The notes below the pieces were generated by a model. That model searched no databases and was not told where the DNA came from. It was given only the letters and a program-made list of their open reading frames with translations. This document shows, piece by piece, positions 1 to 12,839 of a DNA stretch of 64,000 nt. The DNA comes from Escherichia coli. Lineage in GTDB: Bacteria; Pseudomonadota; Gammaproteobacteria; Enterobacterales; Enterobacteriaceae. Every line of letters starts with the position of its first letter. Within the stretch, counting starts at the first letter, position 1. Made by a program: the position numbers and the translations under genes. The stretch is from the NCBI RefSeq assembly GCF_044324785.1, contig NZ_CP172127.1. One strand, 5' to 3'.

Positions 1-2468
1 AAGCCTAACCCTTTGAGATCCGAGCGAACCAGCACGGCAAATTCGGCATCGATGTTATCAGGGTCGGAGATCGCACGCGTGACGCCGAGGATCTCTTCCG
101 TTTGATCAATACGTCGTACCGCTACAAATGCCATTTCCCGATCGTAGTCGATCTGCGTCATGTTGGCTAAATCTTCATGGGTAAATTCGTTGATCTCGCT
201 AAAGTAGCGGTAATAAAGATCTTCTTTGGTGACTCGCGAAATGAACTGCTGAAGTTGTGGCTCATCTTCTGGCAAAATCGGGCGGAACAAGCAGCGTTCA
301 CCGTTTTTCAATTCTACCCACTCTTCCAGCTGATGTGGATAAGGGCGCACTGCCAGCCGGCTCTCGTTATCGCCTTCAAACGGCGCGATATCCAGCGTGA
401 CATCCAGCGCGGTAAATTCACTGCCAGAAGCCAGCAAAGGATGAATATCCAGACGTTGAATTTCCGGACAATCGACAATCAAGTTGGAAACCTGTACCAG
501 AAGCTGGCTCAAGCCTGCAACATCCAATGGGCGTAGCGCACTGCGCGCACGAATCTTTTTACTTTTGATCCCCTGAATAACCAGATAGCGGGCCAGGTTC
601 ATGTTCAGCGGCGGCAGTGCGACGACGGCTTGATCTTCAGGACGCCACTCCACACCGCCTTCACCCAGCATGATTAACGGCCCGAAAACCGGATCGTGCT
701 CAACCACAACCCGCAACTCCTGAGCGCCAGCACGGTTAGCCATACTTTGCACCAACAGGCCGTGGACCCGCGCCTGCGGCCAGGCCATTTTTACGCGATC
801 GAAAATAGCGTTTGCCGCTTGCTGGACTTCATTAGCTGTACGCAGGTAGAGCATTACGCCCTGAACTTCCGATTTATGTGGAATATCCGGCGAGCGCAAT
901 TTCAGTGCCACCGGATAGCCAATCTGTTCGGCAATATGTACCGCTTCGGTGCTATCACTGGCAATCCAGGTAGGGAGAGTATTCATACCATACGCTTGCA
1001 GGATGGGCTGAACTTCATGGGTATCGAGCGACGTAGCCCCTTCGGCAATCGCCTGTTGCAACAGAAGATGCGCTTCTGCGGTATTGGAAGTCAGATTGCT
1101 GGGCAACGCCGGCGTTTCGCGTAGTTGCTTCTGATTACGCCGGTACTCGACCATATGCATAAAAGCAGTGATGGTTCCTTCCGGAGTACGGTAAGTCGGC
1201 AGCCCGGCTTCGCTGAATAAACGTCGTGCCTCTTGCGAGGAGTGCTCGCCGCACCAGTTCGTCAGCAAAGAGACATATTTGCTGCGGGGATGATGCTTTA
1301 CCGCTTCAATTAATACTTGCGCGCTTTCTGTTGCGGGAGCAGCGGCGCTGGGCGAATGAATAACCATCAGCGCATCAAAATCCTGGCTGTGGAGCAGAAT
1401 GTCCAGCGTTTTGACATAATGCTCGCTGCTGGCGTCATCGCGCAGATCGAGCGGGTTAGAGATTGCCACATGCCCTGGCAGTGCATCGCGCAGTTTCTGG
1501 CAGGTTTCTTCGCTTAGCGTTGCCAGCTTGCCATTACGTGACCATAAGGCATCCAGCGCCAGCGCGGCAGGCGCAGCACCGTTGCTGATAATCATCAATC
1601 GGTCGCCACGCAGCGGGCGCATATGGCTAAGGGTTTCCACCGCCGAAAACAGTTCGTGGGTGTCCTGTACCCGCAACAAACCGGCACGCTGAATAGCTGC
1701 ATCCCACGCCGGATCCATTCCTGCCGTGGTGTTCAACAGACGTTGAGCCGCCGGGCTACGTCCGCTTTTAATCACCAGAATCGGTTTATTGCGCGAGGCA
1801 CTACGGGCTGCCGAAACAAAGCGCCTCGCGTCGCTTAACTGTTCGAGATAGAGCAGGATGGCGCTGGTTTTACTGTCGCGCGCCAGATAGTCGAGCAATT
1901 CATCAACGTCGATATCCAGGCTGTCGCCGAGCGCAATAAAGTAGGAAAAGCCCATCTCACGCTGTTGCGCCCAGTCGAGGATGGTGTTGGAGACAGCAGC
2001 CGATTGCGAAATAAACGCCAGCTTGCCGCGTTTAATCGGCACAGGCGAAAAGCTGGCATTCAGACCTTGCCAGGGAGCCAGTAAGCCCAGACTGTTTGGT
2101 CCTAGCAGGCGCATGTTATGGCGCAGGGCGCAGGCGCGGAGATCTTCGTGTTGCGATGCCGGGGCGGAAAGAATAATGCAGGTTTTACAGCCTTTCTCGC
2201 CGAGCTCTTCCAGAAGAGCAAGATTACGGCTGGCATTGGTACATAAAACCGCAAGGTCGGGTGTAAAGGGCAAGCTGGCAATATCCGGCCAGGCCAACAC
2301 ACCCAACACCGCTTTCCAGGCTGGCGTCACCGGGAGTACCGGTCCGTTAAAGCCTCCCGCCAGCAGGTTACGCATCATCAGGTAACCTGCGCGATTGGGT
2401 TTCATCGACGCGCCAATTACCGCTATCGATTTTGGTCGCAGTAGTGCTTCCAGTCCTCGCTGACTCAT
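1..2468 (-). CDS. patZ: Protein lysine acetyltransferase PatZ/Pka (YfiQ), N-terminal ~822 codons; 3' end runs off the window edge
   Basis: Reverse-strand ATG at 2466-2468 reads MSQRGLEALLRPKSIAVIGAS; frame taken to run open to position 1 because no ORF-track entry (not traced codon by codon); directly downstream of yfiP as in E. coli. Confidence 0.8.
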   Translation of the reverse strand, partial: MSQRGLEALLRPKSIAVIGASMKPNRAGYLMMRNLLAGGFNGPVLPVTPAWKAVLGVLAWPDIASLPFTPDLAVLCTNASRNLALLEELGEKGCKTCIILSAPASQHEDLRACALRHNMRLLGPNSLGLLAPWQGLNASFSPVPIKRGKLAFISQSAAVSNTILDWAQQREMGFSYFIALGDSLDIDVDELLDYLARDSKTSAILLYLEQLSDARRFVSAARSASRNKPILVIKSGRSPAAQRLLNTTAGMDPAWDAAIQRAGLLRVQDTHELFSAVETLSHMRPLRGDRLMIISNGAAPAALALDALWSRNGKLATLSEETCQKLRDALPGHVAISNPLDLRDDASSEHYVKTLDILLHSQDFDALMVIHSPSAAAPATESAQVLIEAVKHHPRSKYVSLLTNWCGEHSSQEARRLFSEAGLPTYRTPEGTITAFMHMVEYRRNQKQLRETPALPSNLTSNTAEAHLLLQQAIAEGATSLDTHEVQPILQAYGMNTLPTWIASDSTEAVHIAEQIGYPVALKLRSPDIPHKSEVQGVMLYLRTANEVQQAANAIFDRVKMAWPQARVHGLLVQSMANRAGAQELRVVVEHDPVFGPLIMLGEGGVEWRPEDQAVVALPPLNMNLARYLVIQGIKSKKIRARSALRPLDVAGLSQLLVQVSNLIVDCPEIQRLDIHPLLASGSEFTALDVTLDIAPFEGDNESRLAVRPYPHQLEEWVELKNGERCLFRPILPEDEPQLQQFISRVTKEDLYYRYFSEINEFTHEDLANMTQIDYDREMAFVAVRRIDQTEEILGVTRAISDPDNIDAEFAVLVRSDLKGLG

Positions 2469-2499
2469 ACCGGTCTCCCGCAGAAGTGACCGAATGATT

Positions 2500-3198
2500 T
2501 TAAACGCTTTCTAACTGTTCTGCTGTGATGCTACCCAGATGTTGCGTTTTTCCTGCCAGATAGCGTGTTTTAAAGCGGGTAAAATGCTCGCCTAACCCTG
2601 CTGCCGCCCCGGTATCGCCGGCCATATCTAACAGTGCGATGGCTACCTCGGCAGTACAATATTGGCCTTCAGCCTGGGCTTCACGCAGGCGATAGGCAGA
2701 AAGCCGGGAAAGATCGACGGAAATGACGGGAAGATTATCCAGATACGGACTTTTACGAAACATTTTGCGAGCTTCCGGCCAGGTACCATCGAGCATGATA
2801 AACAGCGGTGGCTTACCGGCAGGTGGTGTGAAGATCACTTCCCGTTGCTCATCAGCATACGAGGCGGGAAAGACCACCATTGGCTGATAATCCGGGTTTT
2901 GTACCAGATCCAGCAAATCTTGCGAGGGTTCGGTACGCGACCATTGAAACGCAACGGTATCAGGCAAAATATCAGCAATCAGACGCCCGGTATTACTGGG
3001 CTTCATTGGCTCGGTGTCGAACATCAGCAAACAGAAGCGACTTTTTGCTTGTGCTGGGGTAATTGTCGAACAGAGACATAATTTCTCTGGCAAAAGACAG
3101 CGTTGGCAGCGAAGAACGCGATTACCGCGGGCAAGAAAAGGACGTGTTGCGCGCGCAATACGCTCGGCGCGTAACTGAAGAACAGCGTTTTCGGTCAT
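2500..3198 (-). CDS. yfiP: DTW-domain tRNA-uridine aminocarboxypropyltransferase (YfiP/TapT), 232 aa
   Basis: ORF 2500..3249; internal Met (MTENAVLQ...) gives the 232-aa length recalled for YfiP; CxxC...CxC and DGTW motifs. Confidence 0.85.
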   Translation of the reverse strand: MTENAVLQLRAERIARATRPFLARGNRVLRCQRCLLPEKLCLCSTITPAQAKSRFCLLMFDTEPMKPSNTGRLIADILPDTVAFQWSRTEPSQDLLDLVQNPDYQPMVVFPASYADEQREVIFTPPAGKPPLFIMLDGTWPEARKMFRKSPYLDNLPVISVDLSRLSAYRLREAQAEGQYCTAEVAIALLDMAGDTGAAAGLGEHFTRFKTRYLAGKTQHLGSITAEQLESV

Positions 3199-3266
3199 AA
3201 GAGAGCGTCGAAAAAACGCCATTGTCGCAGAGGAGAAAACGGGGCACAAGATGCGCCCCGGTAAGA

Positions 3267-3686
3267 TTAAAGCGATTCGTTCAGCCAGCTATCGAACGGC
3301 GCTTTCGGTACTGCGCCATTAAGCATGTCGACAACCTGACCGTTTTTGAAAATCATGATCGTCGGTATACTACGAATTCCAAAGCGACTGCTCAATTCAC
3401 GTTCAGCTTCGGTATTCACTTTCACAAAGCGCACTTTACCGCTACGCTCTTGCGCGACATCTTCAAAAATTGGTGCGAAATTACGGCAGGGGCCGCACCA
3501 CGGTGCCCAGAAGTCGATCACCACTGGTAGATCATCTTTCAGCAATTTGTCGAGCGTTTCACCGGTCGCATTAATCACCTCTCCGTCAAACAAGTCGTGA
3601 CCGCAGCGTCCGCATTTTGCCGCATCTTCGATCCGATCGTCGGGAATGCGATTGATGGCCTGACAATGGGTACAAACGGTATTCAT
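3267..3686 (-). CDS. trxC: Thioredoxin 2
   Basis: 139 aa; WCGPC active site plus N-terminal paired CxxC zinc-binding motifs typical of Trx2. Confidence 0.95.
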
Positions 3687-3892
3687 AACTAACCTCGGGA
3701 TGAGTAAGGAGACTTATCGGCAACGACGCCGGTATGTTTCTAATATGTTACATATTATCGGGGACATTGTTCCAGACAACAATCTGTTTTATTCAATAGG
3801 TATGATAGTCGCAGGCTTTGGTACGAAATCATGGCGAACCGCGCGGACTTCGGGTAATCTGCGCGCTTCGCGCAGCGCTGGTGGAGAAAAGC

Positions 3893-4930
3893 ATGAACGA
3901 TGAAATGAAAGGTAAAAGCGGCAAGGTCAAAGTGATGTATGTCCGCAGTGATGATGATTCTGATAAACGTACCCACAACCCGCGTACCGGGAAAGGGGGC
4001 GGGCGTCCAGGAAAATCTCGTGCTGACGGTGGCCGTCGCCCCGCCCGCGATGACAAACAGAGTCAGCCCCGTGACCGCAAGTGGGAAGATTCGCCGTGGC
4101 GCACGGTTTCCCGCGCGCCGGGTGATGAGACGCCGGAAAAGGCCGATCACGGTGGCATCAGTGGTAAAAGTTTTATTGATCCAGAAGTTTTGCGTCGTCA
4201 GCGTGCGGAAGAAACCCGCGTCTACGGCGAAAATGCATGTCAGGCACTGTTCCAGAGCCGTCCGGAAGCGATTGTTCGCGCCTGGTTTATCCAGAGCGTA
4301 ACGCCACGTTTTAAAGAAGCCTTGCGCTGGATGGCGGCAAACCGCAAAGCGTACCATGTGGTGGATGAAGCGGAATTGACAAAAGCGTCAGGCACGGAAC
4401 ATCACGGCGGCGTTTGCTTCCTGATCAAAAAGCGTAATGGCACAACTGTGCAGCAGTGGGTAAGCCAGGCAGGTGCGCAGGATTGCGTTCTGGCACTGGA
4501 AAACGAATCTAACCCGCATAACCTGGGGAGCATGATGCGCAGCTGCGCGCACTTCGGCGTGAAAGGCGTTGTGGTGCAGGATGCGGCACTGCTGGAGTCG
4601 GGTGCGGCTATCCGTACCGCAGAAGGCGGCGCAGAGCACGTTCAGCCGATTACTGGCGACAACATTGTTAACGTGCTGGATGATTTCCGTCAGGCGGGTT
4701 ACACCGTAGTGACAACTTCCAGCGAGCAGGGGAAACCGCTGTTCAAAACCAGTCTGCCAGCGAAAATGGTACTGGTGCTGGGTCAGGAATATGAAGGGTT
4801 ACCGGATGCCGCACGCGATCCAAACGATCTGCGCGTGAAGATTGACGGTACTGGCAACGTTGCCGGGCTAAATATCTCTGTCGCAACTGGCGTTTTGCTT
4901 GGTGAATGGTGGCGTCAGAATAAAGCCTGA
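3893..4930 (+). CDS. yfiF: SpoU/TrmH-family RNA 2'-O-methyltransferase with K/R-rich N-terminal extension (YfiF), 345 aa
   Basis: ORF 3818..4930; ATG at 3893 preceded by GGAG; product matches recalled YfiF. Confidence 0.85.
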   Translation: MNDEMKGKSGKVKVMYVRSDDDSDKRTHNPRTGKGGGRPGKSRADGGRRPARDDKQSQPRDRKWEDSPWRTVSRAPGDETPEKADHGGISGKSFIDPEVLRRQRAEETRVYGENACQALFQSRPEAIVRAWFIQSVTPRFKEALRWMAANRKAYHVVDEAELTKASGTEHHGGVCFLIKKRNGTTVQQWVSQAGAQDCVLALENESNPHNLGSMMRSCAHFGVKGVVVQDAALLESGAAIRTAEGGAEHVQPITGDNIVNVLDDFRQAGYTVVTTSSEQGKPLFKTSLPAKMVLVLGQEYEGLPDAARDPNDLRVKIDGTGNVAGLNISVATGVLLGEWWRQNKA

Positions 4931-4977
4931 TAAATCAGCCGGGTGGCAACGCTGCCATCCGGCGTTTTCCTGCAAAT

Positions 4978-5667
4978 TTACTCACTCTCTGCCGGTAATA
5001 CTGGCATCCAGTCAATCGGTTTCTCGCCACGTTGTTCCAGCCACTGATTTGCCAGCACAAAATGGTTGCAGCCAAAGAACCCGCGATGCGCAGAAAGCGG
5101 TGATGGATGCGGCGCTTTCAGTACGTGATGGCGTTGCTTATCAATAATCGCCCCTTTCTTTTGCGCATGTGAGCCCCACAACAAAAACACCACGCCTTCG
5201 CGATGCTGGTTAATCAGGCTGATGACTTTATCGGTGAAGGTCTCCCAGCCGAGGCTGGCGTGGGAATGCGCCTGACCTGCGCGAACCGTCAACACAGTAT
5301 TGAGTAGCAGAACGCCCTGACGCGCCCAGCTTTCAAGATAACCATGATTAGGGCGGGTGAAACCGGGAATAGTATTTTCCAGCTCTTTATACATATTCAG
5401 CAGTGACGGCGGTGTCGCAATGCCGGGGCGAACGGAAAATGCCAGACCATGCGCCTGTCCCGGTCCGTGATAAGGATCCTGGCCGAGAATCACCACTTTA
5501 ACGTCACCCAACTCTGTAAAGCGGAACGCGTTAAAAACATCCTTTTGTGGCGGATAGATAGTGACGCCGGACTGCCGCTCGCTGGCGACGGTCTGTAGGG
5601 TATTAAGAAAATAGGGTTGTTGCTTCTCTTCAGCCAGCACGTCATGCCAGGTTAATTCGTTTGCCAT
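4978..5667 (-). CDS. ung: Uracil-DNA glycosylase
   Basis: 229 aa; GQDPYH active-site motif; full-length match to recalled Ung. Confidence 0.95.
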   Translation of the reverse strand: MANELTWHDVLAEEKQQPYFLNTLQTVASERQSGVTIYPPQKDVFNAFRFTELGDVKVVILGQDPYHGPGQAHGLAFSVRPGIATPPSLLNMYKELENTIPGFTRPNHGYLESWARQGVLLLNTVLTVRAGQAHSHASLGWETFTDKVISLINQHREGVVFLLWGSHAQKKGAIIDKQRHHVLKAPHPSPLSAHRGFFGCNHFVLANQWLEQRGEKPIDWMPVLPAESE

Positions 5668-5797
5668 CTCGCTCTCCCGCGAATCTTCAATCCGCCTAGC
5701 TTAACTGCTTCTTTCTACAGAACAAAATCATGCTCATTTTTTAGACTTAAACGAGTGCAAAAAAATGTAAATTGGTAAAATTTCACACCTGCATAAG

Positions 5798-5864
5798 TTG
5801 ATGTAAAACAATAAAATCCATTTGCGACCATACTTGATGTGTGGTTTTTATTGATTTAAATCAA
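5798..5864 (+). promoter_or_regulatory. grcA promoter with two FNR boxes: TTGATgtaaAACAA (5798-5811) and TTGATttaaATCAA (5851-5864)
   Basis: Two TTGAT-N4-ATCAA-type palindromes with centres 53 bp apart, about 108 bp upstream of the grcA ATG; matches the recalled -93.5/-40.5 FNR architecture of yfiD/grcA. Confidence 0.75.
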
Positions 5865-5971
5865 AGATTCAAGGGTGTTTGAGGAGTATATATACACTCA
5901 AGCAACAATGGTTTTACCAATTGGCCGCGACAGGCTGAACAAATCAAATAATTTTGCCGGGGAGGCATCAC

Positions 5972-6355
5972 ATGATTACAGGTATCCAGATTACTAAAGC
6001 CGCTAACGACGATCTGCTGAACTCTTTCTGGCTGCTGGACAGCGAAAAAGGCGAAGCGCGTTGCATCGTTGCGAAAGCAGGTTTTGCAGAAGACGAAGTG
6101 GTTGCAGTAAGCAAACTGGGTGACATTGAGTACCGTGAAGTTCCAGTAGAAGTGAAACCAGAAGTTCGCGTTGAAGGTGGTCAACACCTGAACGTAAACG
6201 TTCTGCGTCGTGAAACTCTGGAAGATGCAGTTAAGCATCCGGAAAAATATCCGCAGCTGACCATCCGTGTATCCGGTTATGCAGTTCGCTTTAACTCTCT
6301 GACTCCGGAACAGCAGCGCGACGTTATCGCTCGTACCTTTACTGAAAGCCTGTAA
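5972..6355 (+). CDS. grcA: Autonomous glycyl-radical cofactor GrcA (YfiD), 127 aa
   Basis: ORF 5954..6355; ATG at 5972 after GGGGAGG; C-terminal glycyl-radical motif RVSGYAV. Confidence 0.95.
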
Positions 6356-6375
6356 GGCTTAAGTAGCAAGTTACT

Positions 6376-6408
6376 AAGCGGAAGAGGGCAACTTCTTCCG
6401 CTTTTTTC
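6376..6408 (+). terminator. Rho-independent terminator of grcA
   Basis: AAGCGGAAGA / TCTTCCGCTT stem followed by a T-run. Confidence 0.8.
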
Positions 6409-6409
6409 G

Positions 6410-6997
6410 TTAATAGAATATGCGTACCGCACAATAGACCAGCAACAGGGCAAGCACGATATTTAACTGGCGACCATACTGGCGAAACAATCGCTGAAAC
6501 AGATGCCCCGCCAGCGCCCAGCACACATTGCCAAACGTCCCAATCATCGCCAGCAAAACGCTGACGCCAACTACCCAGCTTAGCGCCTGCGTTTGCGGCA
6601 GGACAAACGTCGACAGTGCCGTAACGCCATACAAAATGATTTTGACGTTCACAAACTGCAAAGCAAAGCTGGCCCAAAAGCTGATTGGTTTTGCCTGAAG
6701 TCCGTCTTCCTTTGTTGGACTGGTAGCGATTTTCCACGCCAGCCAGACAATGTATGCCGCTCCTGCCCAACTCAACAGATGCACTGCTGCCGGGTCGATA
6801 ACAGCCAGTGAAAACGAAATTCCCGCACACAGCAACATGACGATTAAAAATCCCAGACTCATCCCTGCCAGCACGCGGGTACTCTGACGAAATCCGTGCG
6901 ATGTGGCTGAGCTAAGGGCGAGAATATTGTTCGGTCCTGGCGTCATGGCGGTAATCAGGGTGTAAGTCCAAAAAGCACTTAAAAGGGTCGGTGTCAC
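6410..6997 (-). CDS. eamB: LysE-family cysteine/O-acetylserine exporter EamB (YfiK), 195 aa, GTG start
   Basis: ORF-track match; start codon is reverse-strand GTG (cac at 6995-6997). Confidence 0.9.
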   Translation of the reverse strand: MTPTLLSAFWTYTLITAMTPGPNNILALSSATSHGFRQSTRVLAGMSLGFLIVMLLCAGISFSLAVIDPAAVHLLSWAGAAYIVWLAWKIATSPTKEDGLQAKPISFWASFALQFVNVKIILYGVTALSTFVLPQTQALSWVVGVSVLLAMIGTFGNVCWALAGHLFQRLFRQYGRQLNIVLALLLVYCAVRIFY

Positions 6998-7099
6998 TTG
7001 TTATCTCCTCTGTTTTGGTAGACAGTACCCGACACGGAACATTTAAAAAAATGAATGTTTTTACATTCTAAATTCGATATTTTCGATAGGTTTGGAGTT

Positions 7100-7981
7100 A
7101 TGGATCTGCGCCGTTTTATTACGCTTAAAACCGTGGTGGAAGAGGGTTCCTTTTTGCGAGCTTCGCAAAAATTGTGCTGTACACAATCGACGGTGACTTT
7201 TCATATTCAGCAGCTTGAACAGGAGTTCTCGGTACAGTTGTTTGAGAAAATTGGTCGACGGATGTGCCTCACTCGCGAAGGAAAAAAGCTGCTGCCGCAC
7301 ATCTATGAACTTACCCGAGTGATGGATACGCTTCGTGAGGCTGCCAAAAAAGAGTCGGATCCGGACGGGGAACTACGCGTTGTTTCGGGCGAAACGTTGC
7401 TCTCTTACCGAATGCCGCAGGTGTTGCAGCGTTTTCGGCAACGTGCACCAAAAGTACGTTTATCGCTGCAGTCGCTGAACTGTTACGTGATCCGTGATGC
7501 ACTACTGAATGATGAGGCCGATGTTGGCGTCTTTTATCGCGTAGGAAATGATGATGCTTTGAACCGACGAGAGTTGGGTGAACAATCGCTGGTGCTGGTG
7601 GCTTCACCACAAATTGCAGATGTCGATTTTACTGAGCCGGGAAGACATAACGCCTGTAGCTTTATTATCAACGAACCGCAATGTGTCTTCCGGCAGATAT
7701 TTGAGAGCACGCTGCGACAGCGGCGGATCACGGTGGAAAACACCATTGAGCTTATAAGTATCGAAAGCATCAAGCGTTGTGTCGCGGCGAATATCGGGGT
7801 CAGTTACTTGCCGCGCTTTGCGGTGGCAAAAGAGCTTGAGAGCGGAGAATTAATTGAATTGCCTTTTGGCGAACAGTCGCAGACCATTACGGCCATGTGC
7901 GCACACCATGCTGGAAAAGCGGTTAGCCCGGCGATGCACACTTTTATTCAGTGTGTTGAAGAGTGTTTTTTGCCGGGATAA
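7100..7981 (+). CDS. yfiE: LysR-family transcriptional regulator YfiE, 293 aa
   Basis: ORF 7055..7981; internal ATG at 7100 gives the recalled length; N-terminal HTH, divergent from eamB. Confidence 0.85.
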   Translation: MDLRRFITLKTVVEEGSFLRASQKLCCTQSTVTFHIQQLEQEFSVQLFEKIGRRMCLTREGKKLLPHIYELTRVMDTLREAAKKESDPDGELRVVSGETLLSYRMPQVLQRFRQRAPKVRLSLQSLNCYVIRDALLNDEADVGVFYRVGNDDALNRRELGEQSLVLVASPQIADVDFTEPGRHNACSFIINEPQCVFRQIFESTLRQRRITVENTIELISIESIKRCVAANIGVSYLPRFAVAKELESGELIELPFGEQSQTITAMCAHHAGKAVSPAMHTFIQCVEECFLPG

Positions 7982-7985
7982 AAAT

Positions 7986-8012
7986 AATGCCGGGCTTAAA
8001 CCCGGCATTGAA
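7986..8012. terminator. Hairpin between convergent yfiE and srmB (bidirectional terminator)
   Basis: AATGCCGGG cttaaa CCCGGCATT inverted repeat. Confidence 0.6.
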
Positions 8013-8013
8013 A

Positions 8014-9348
8014 TTACTCTTCTGTCGTTTGCGGTGGCACGCCCGTTCCGCTTGGTTTACGGCGCTTACCAATATTTTTGGTGTCGCGATGGCGTTTTTT
8101 CACCCGCGGCTTCTCTTTCTCTTTAGCTTTTTTCTTCTCGGCACGTTTAGCCAGTACTTTCTTCGATGGCTTGCCGGTCTGCTTTTCGCTTGGCGCACGC
8201 GTTTTCGGGCGTAACTCATCAATAACGCGAGCTTTAATTGGCTCTTCAATATAGCGGCCTACTTTGCCCAGCAGCAGATGGTCATGAGCTTCAACCAGCG
8301 AAATCGCTGTTCCCTTACGACCGGCGCGCGCGGTACGTCCGATACGGTGCAAATAAGTATCACCACTGCGCGGCATATCGAAGTTAAAGACGTGGCTGAC
8401 GTCTGGAATGTCGATACCGCGTGCAGCAACGTCGGTGGCAACCAGTACGTTTACGCGGCCTTCGGTCAGACGTTTAATCGCTTCGTTACGCTTACCTTGT
8501 ACCATCTCGCCTTCGAGATAGCAGTTGTTGATGCCCGCTTCGCGCAGCCAGTTTGCCAGCTCATGCACACGCTCACGCTTACGCACAAATACGATTGAGC
8601 GAGTCGCTTCCGGCTGTTTTAACAGGTGCACCAGCAACGCGGTTTTATGTTCCAGGTCATCGGCGCGGTAATACCACTGATGAATTTTTTTGCGCTCACG
8701 GGTGGAGGGATGGGCAGAAACTTCCACCGGATCTTCCAGCAGACGCTCGGCAAAGTCCTGAATCGCATCGCCTTCCAGCGTTGCCGAAAAGAGCAGGGTC
8801 TGTTTACGCCAGCGAGTTTCGCCAGCAATATGTTCGATATCCTGAGCGAAGCCCATATCCAGCATACGGTCAGCTTCGTCGAGGATCAGCGTTTCAACTG
8901 CGCGGCAATCGAAGTTCTCTTCTTTTATGTATTGCAGCAGACGTCCGGTCGTGGCGACCACGATGTCCTGGTTTTCGCTGAAAACTTCTGCGTGGTTCAT
9001 ATAGGCCACGCCGCCGGTGATAGTGGCGATATCCAGATGCGTATGTTTCGCCAGTTCGCGGGCATGATCGGCCACCTGCATCGCCAGCTCGCGAGTTGGG
9101 GTGAGGATCAAAATACGCGGCGGACCGGATTTCTTACGTGGGAAATCGAGCAGGTGCTGCAACGCTGGCAGCAGATACGCCGCCGTTTTACCGGTGCCTG
9201 TCGGCGCAGAACCGAGTACATCACGGCCATCGAGCGCAGGCGGAATGGCGGCAGCCTGAATGGCGGTCGGGCGAGTGAAACCTTTATCCTGGAGGGCTTC
9301 CAGCAGGCTTTCGTCGAGTTCAAGTTCGGAAAAAGTCGTTACAGTCAT
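8014..9348 (-). CDS. srmB: DEAD-box ATP-dependent RNA helicase SrmB
   Basis: 444 aa; GTGKT Walker A, DEAD box, SAT and HRIGRTAR motifs; lysine-rich C-terminus. Confidence 0.95.
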   Translation of the reverse strand: MTVTTFSELELDESLLEALQDKGFTRPTAIQAAAIPPALDGRDVLGSAPTGTGKTAAYLLPALQHLLDFPRKKSGPPRILILTPTRELAMQVADHARELAKHTHLDIATITGGVAYMNHAEVFSENQDIVVATTGRLLQYIKEENFDCRAVETLILDEADRMLDMGFAQDIEHIAGETRWRKQTLLFSATLEGDAIQDFAERLLEDPVEVSAHPSTRERKKIHQWYYRADDLEHKTALLVHLLKQPEATRSIVFVRKRERVHELANWLREAGINNCYLEGEMVQGKRNEAIKRLTEGRVNVLVATDVAARGIDIPDVSHVFNFDMPRSGDTYLHRIGRTARAGRKGTAISLVEAHDHLLLGKVGRYIEEPIKARVIDELRPKTRAPSEKQTGKPSKKVLAKRAEKKKAKEKEKPRVKKRHRDTKNIGKRRKPSGTGVPPQTTEE

Positions 9349-9479
9349 GTTCTACCTCTGTGTGGGGCGCTGATTATAGACGTTACGGCTGCAATCTTCA
9401 TCTGTTTGTATGGATATCGCTTCTCGGGTATTGTTCTCACCCGGTGCTATCGCCGTTTTTCCTGCAAGGTTTTATTTTC

Positions 9480-11922
<2,443 letters not shown>

Positions 11923-12079
11923 CGCTGACGCAGGGCGGCGAGAAAAAGAGAAGTTACTGGCTGGTGGAGGATTAGGTGGTGAAATAAAAAGGCCGTTGGG
12001 TTACTCTTCAGGCAGTTAAATGGGCATTTCTACACAGATAATGCGATGTTCAGATTCTGTAGACTTATAATGATAGATA

Positions 12080-12235
12080 ATGATCCGTCTACAGCATGAC
12101 AAACAAAAACAGATGCGTTACGGAACTTTACAAAAACGAGACACTCTAACCCTTTGCTTGCTCAAATTGCAGCTAATGGAGTGGCGTTTCGATAGCGCGT
12201 GGAAATTTGGTTTGGGGAGACTTTACCTCGGATGA
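12080..12235 (+). CDS. rseD: rpoE leader peptide RseD, 51 aa (MIRLQHDKQKQMRYG...GRLYLG)
   Basis: ATG 12080 to TGA 12233-12235; its stop overlaps the rpoE ATG (ATGA); below the ORF-track size cutoff; matches the recalled rpoE leader ORF. Confidence 0.6.
   Translation: MIRLQHDKQKQMRYGTLQKRDTLTLCLLKLQLMEWRFDSAWKFGLGRLYLG
12122..12149 (+). promoter_or_regulatory. SigmaE-dependent rpoE promoter (GGAACTT-N16-TCTAA)
   Basis: Exact sigmaE -35/-10 consensus with 16-nt spacer, about 85 bp upstream of the rpoE ATG and inside rseD. Confidence 0.8.
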
Positions 12236-12807
12236 GCGAGCAGTTAACGGACCAGGTCCTGGTTGAACGGGTCCAGAAGGGAGATCAGAAAGCCTTTAAC
12301 TTACTGGTAGTGCGCTATCAGCATAAAGTGGCGAGTCTGGTTTCCCGCTATGTGCCGTCGGGTGATGTTCCCGATGTGGTACAAGAAGCTTTTATTAAAG
12401 CCTATCGTGCGCTGGATTCGTTCCGGGGAGATAGCGCTTTTTATACATGGCTGTATCGGATTGCTGTAAATACAGCAAAAAATTACCTGGTTGCTCAGGG
12501 GCGTCGTCCACCTTCCAGTGATGTGGATGCCATTGAAGCTGAAAACTTCGAAAGTGGCGGCGCGTTGAAAGAAATTTCGAACCCTGAGAACTTAATGTTG
12601 TCAGAAGAACTGAGACAGATAGTTTTCCGAACTATTGAGTCCCTCCCGGAAGATTTACGCATGGCAATAACCTTGCGGGAGCTGGATGGCCTGAGCTATG
12701 AAGAGATAGCCGCTATCATGGATTGTCCGGTAGGTACGGTGCGTTCACGTATCTTCCGAGCGAGGGAAGCTATTGATAACAAAGTTCAACCGCTTATCAG
12801 GCGTTGA
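12232..12807 (+). CDS. rpoE: RNA polymerase sigma-E factor, 191 aa
   Basis: ORF 12199..12807; internal ATG at 12232 (MSEQLTDQ...); ECF sigma regions 2 and 4. Confidence 0.97.
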   Translation: MSEQLTDQVLVERVQKGDQKAFNLLVVRYQHKVASLVSRYVPSGDVPDVVQEAFIKAYRALDSFRGDSAFYTWLYRIAVNTAKNYLVAQGRRPPSSDVDAIEAENFESGGALKEISNPENLMLSEELRQIVFRTIESLPEDLRMAITLRELDGLSYEEIAAIMDCPVGTVRSRIFRAREAIDNKVQPLIRR

Positions 12808-12839
12808 CGATAGCGGGATACTGGATAAGGGTATTAGGC

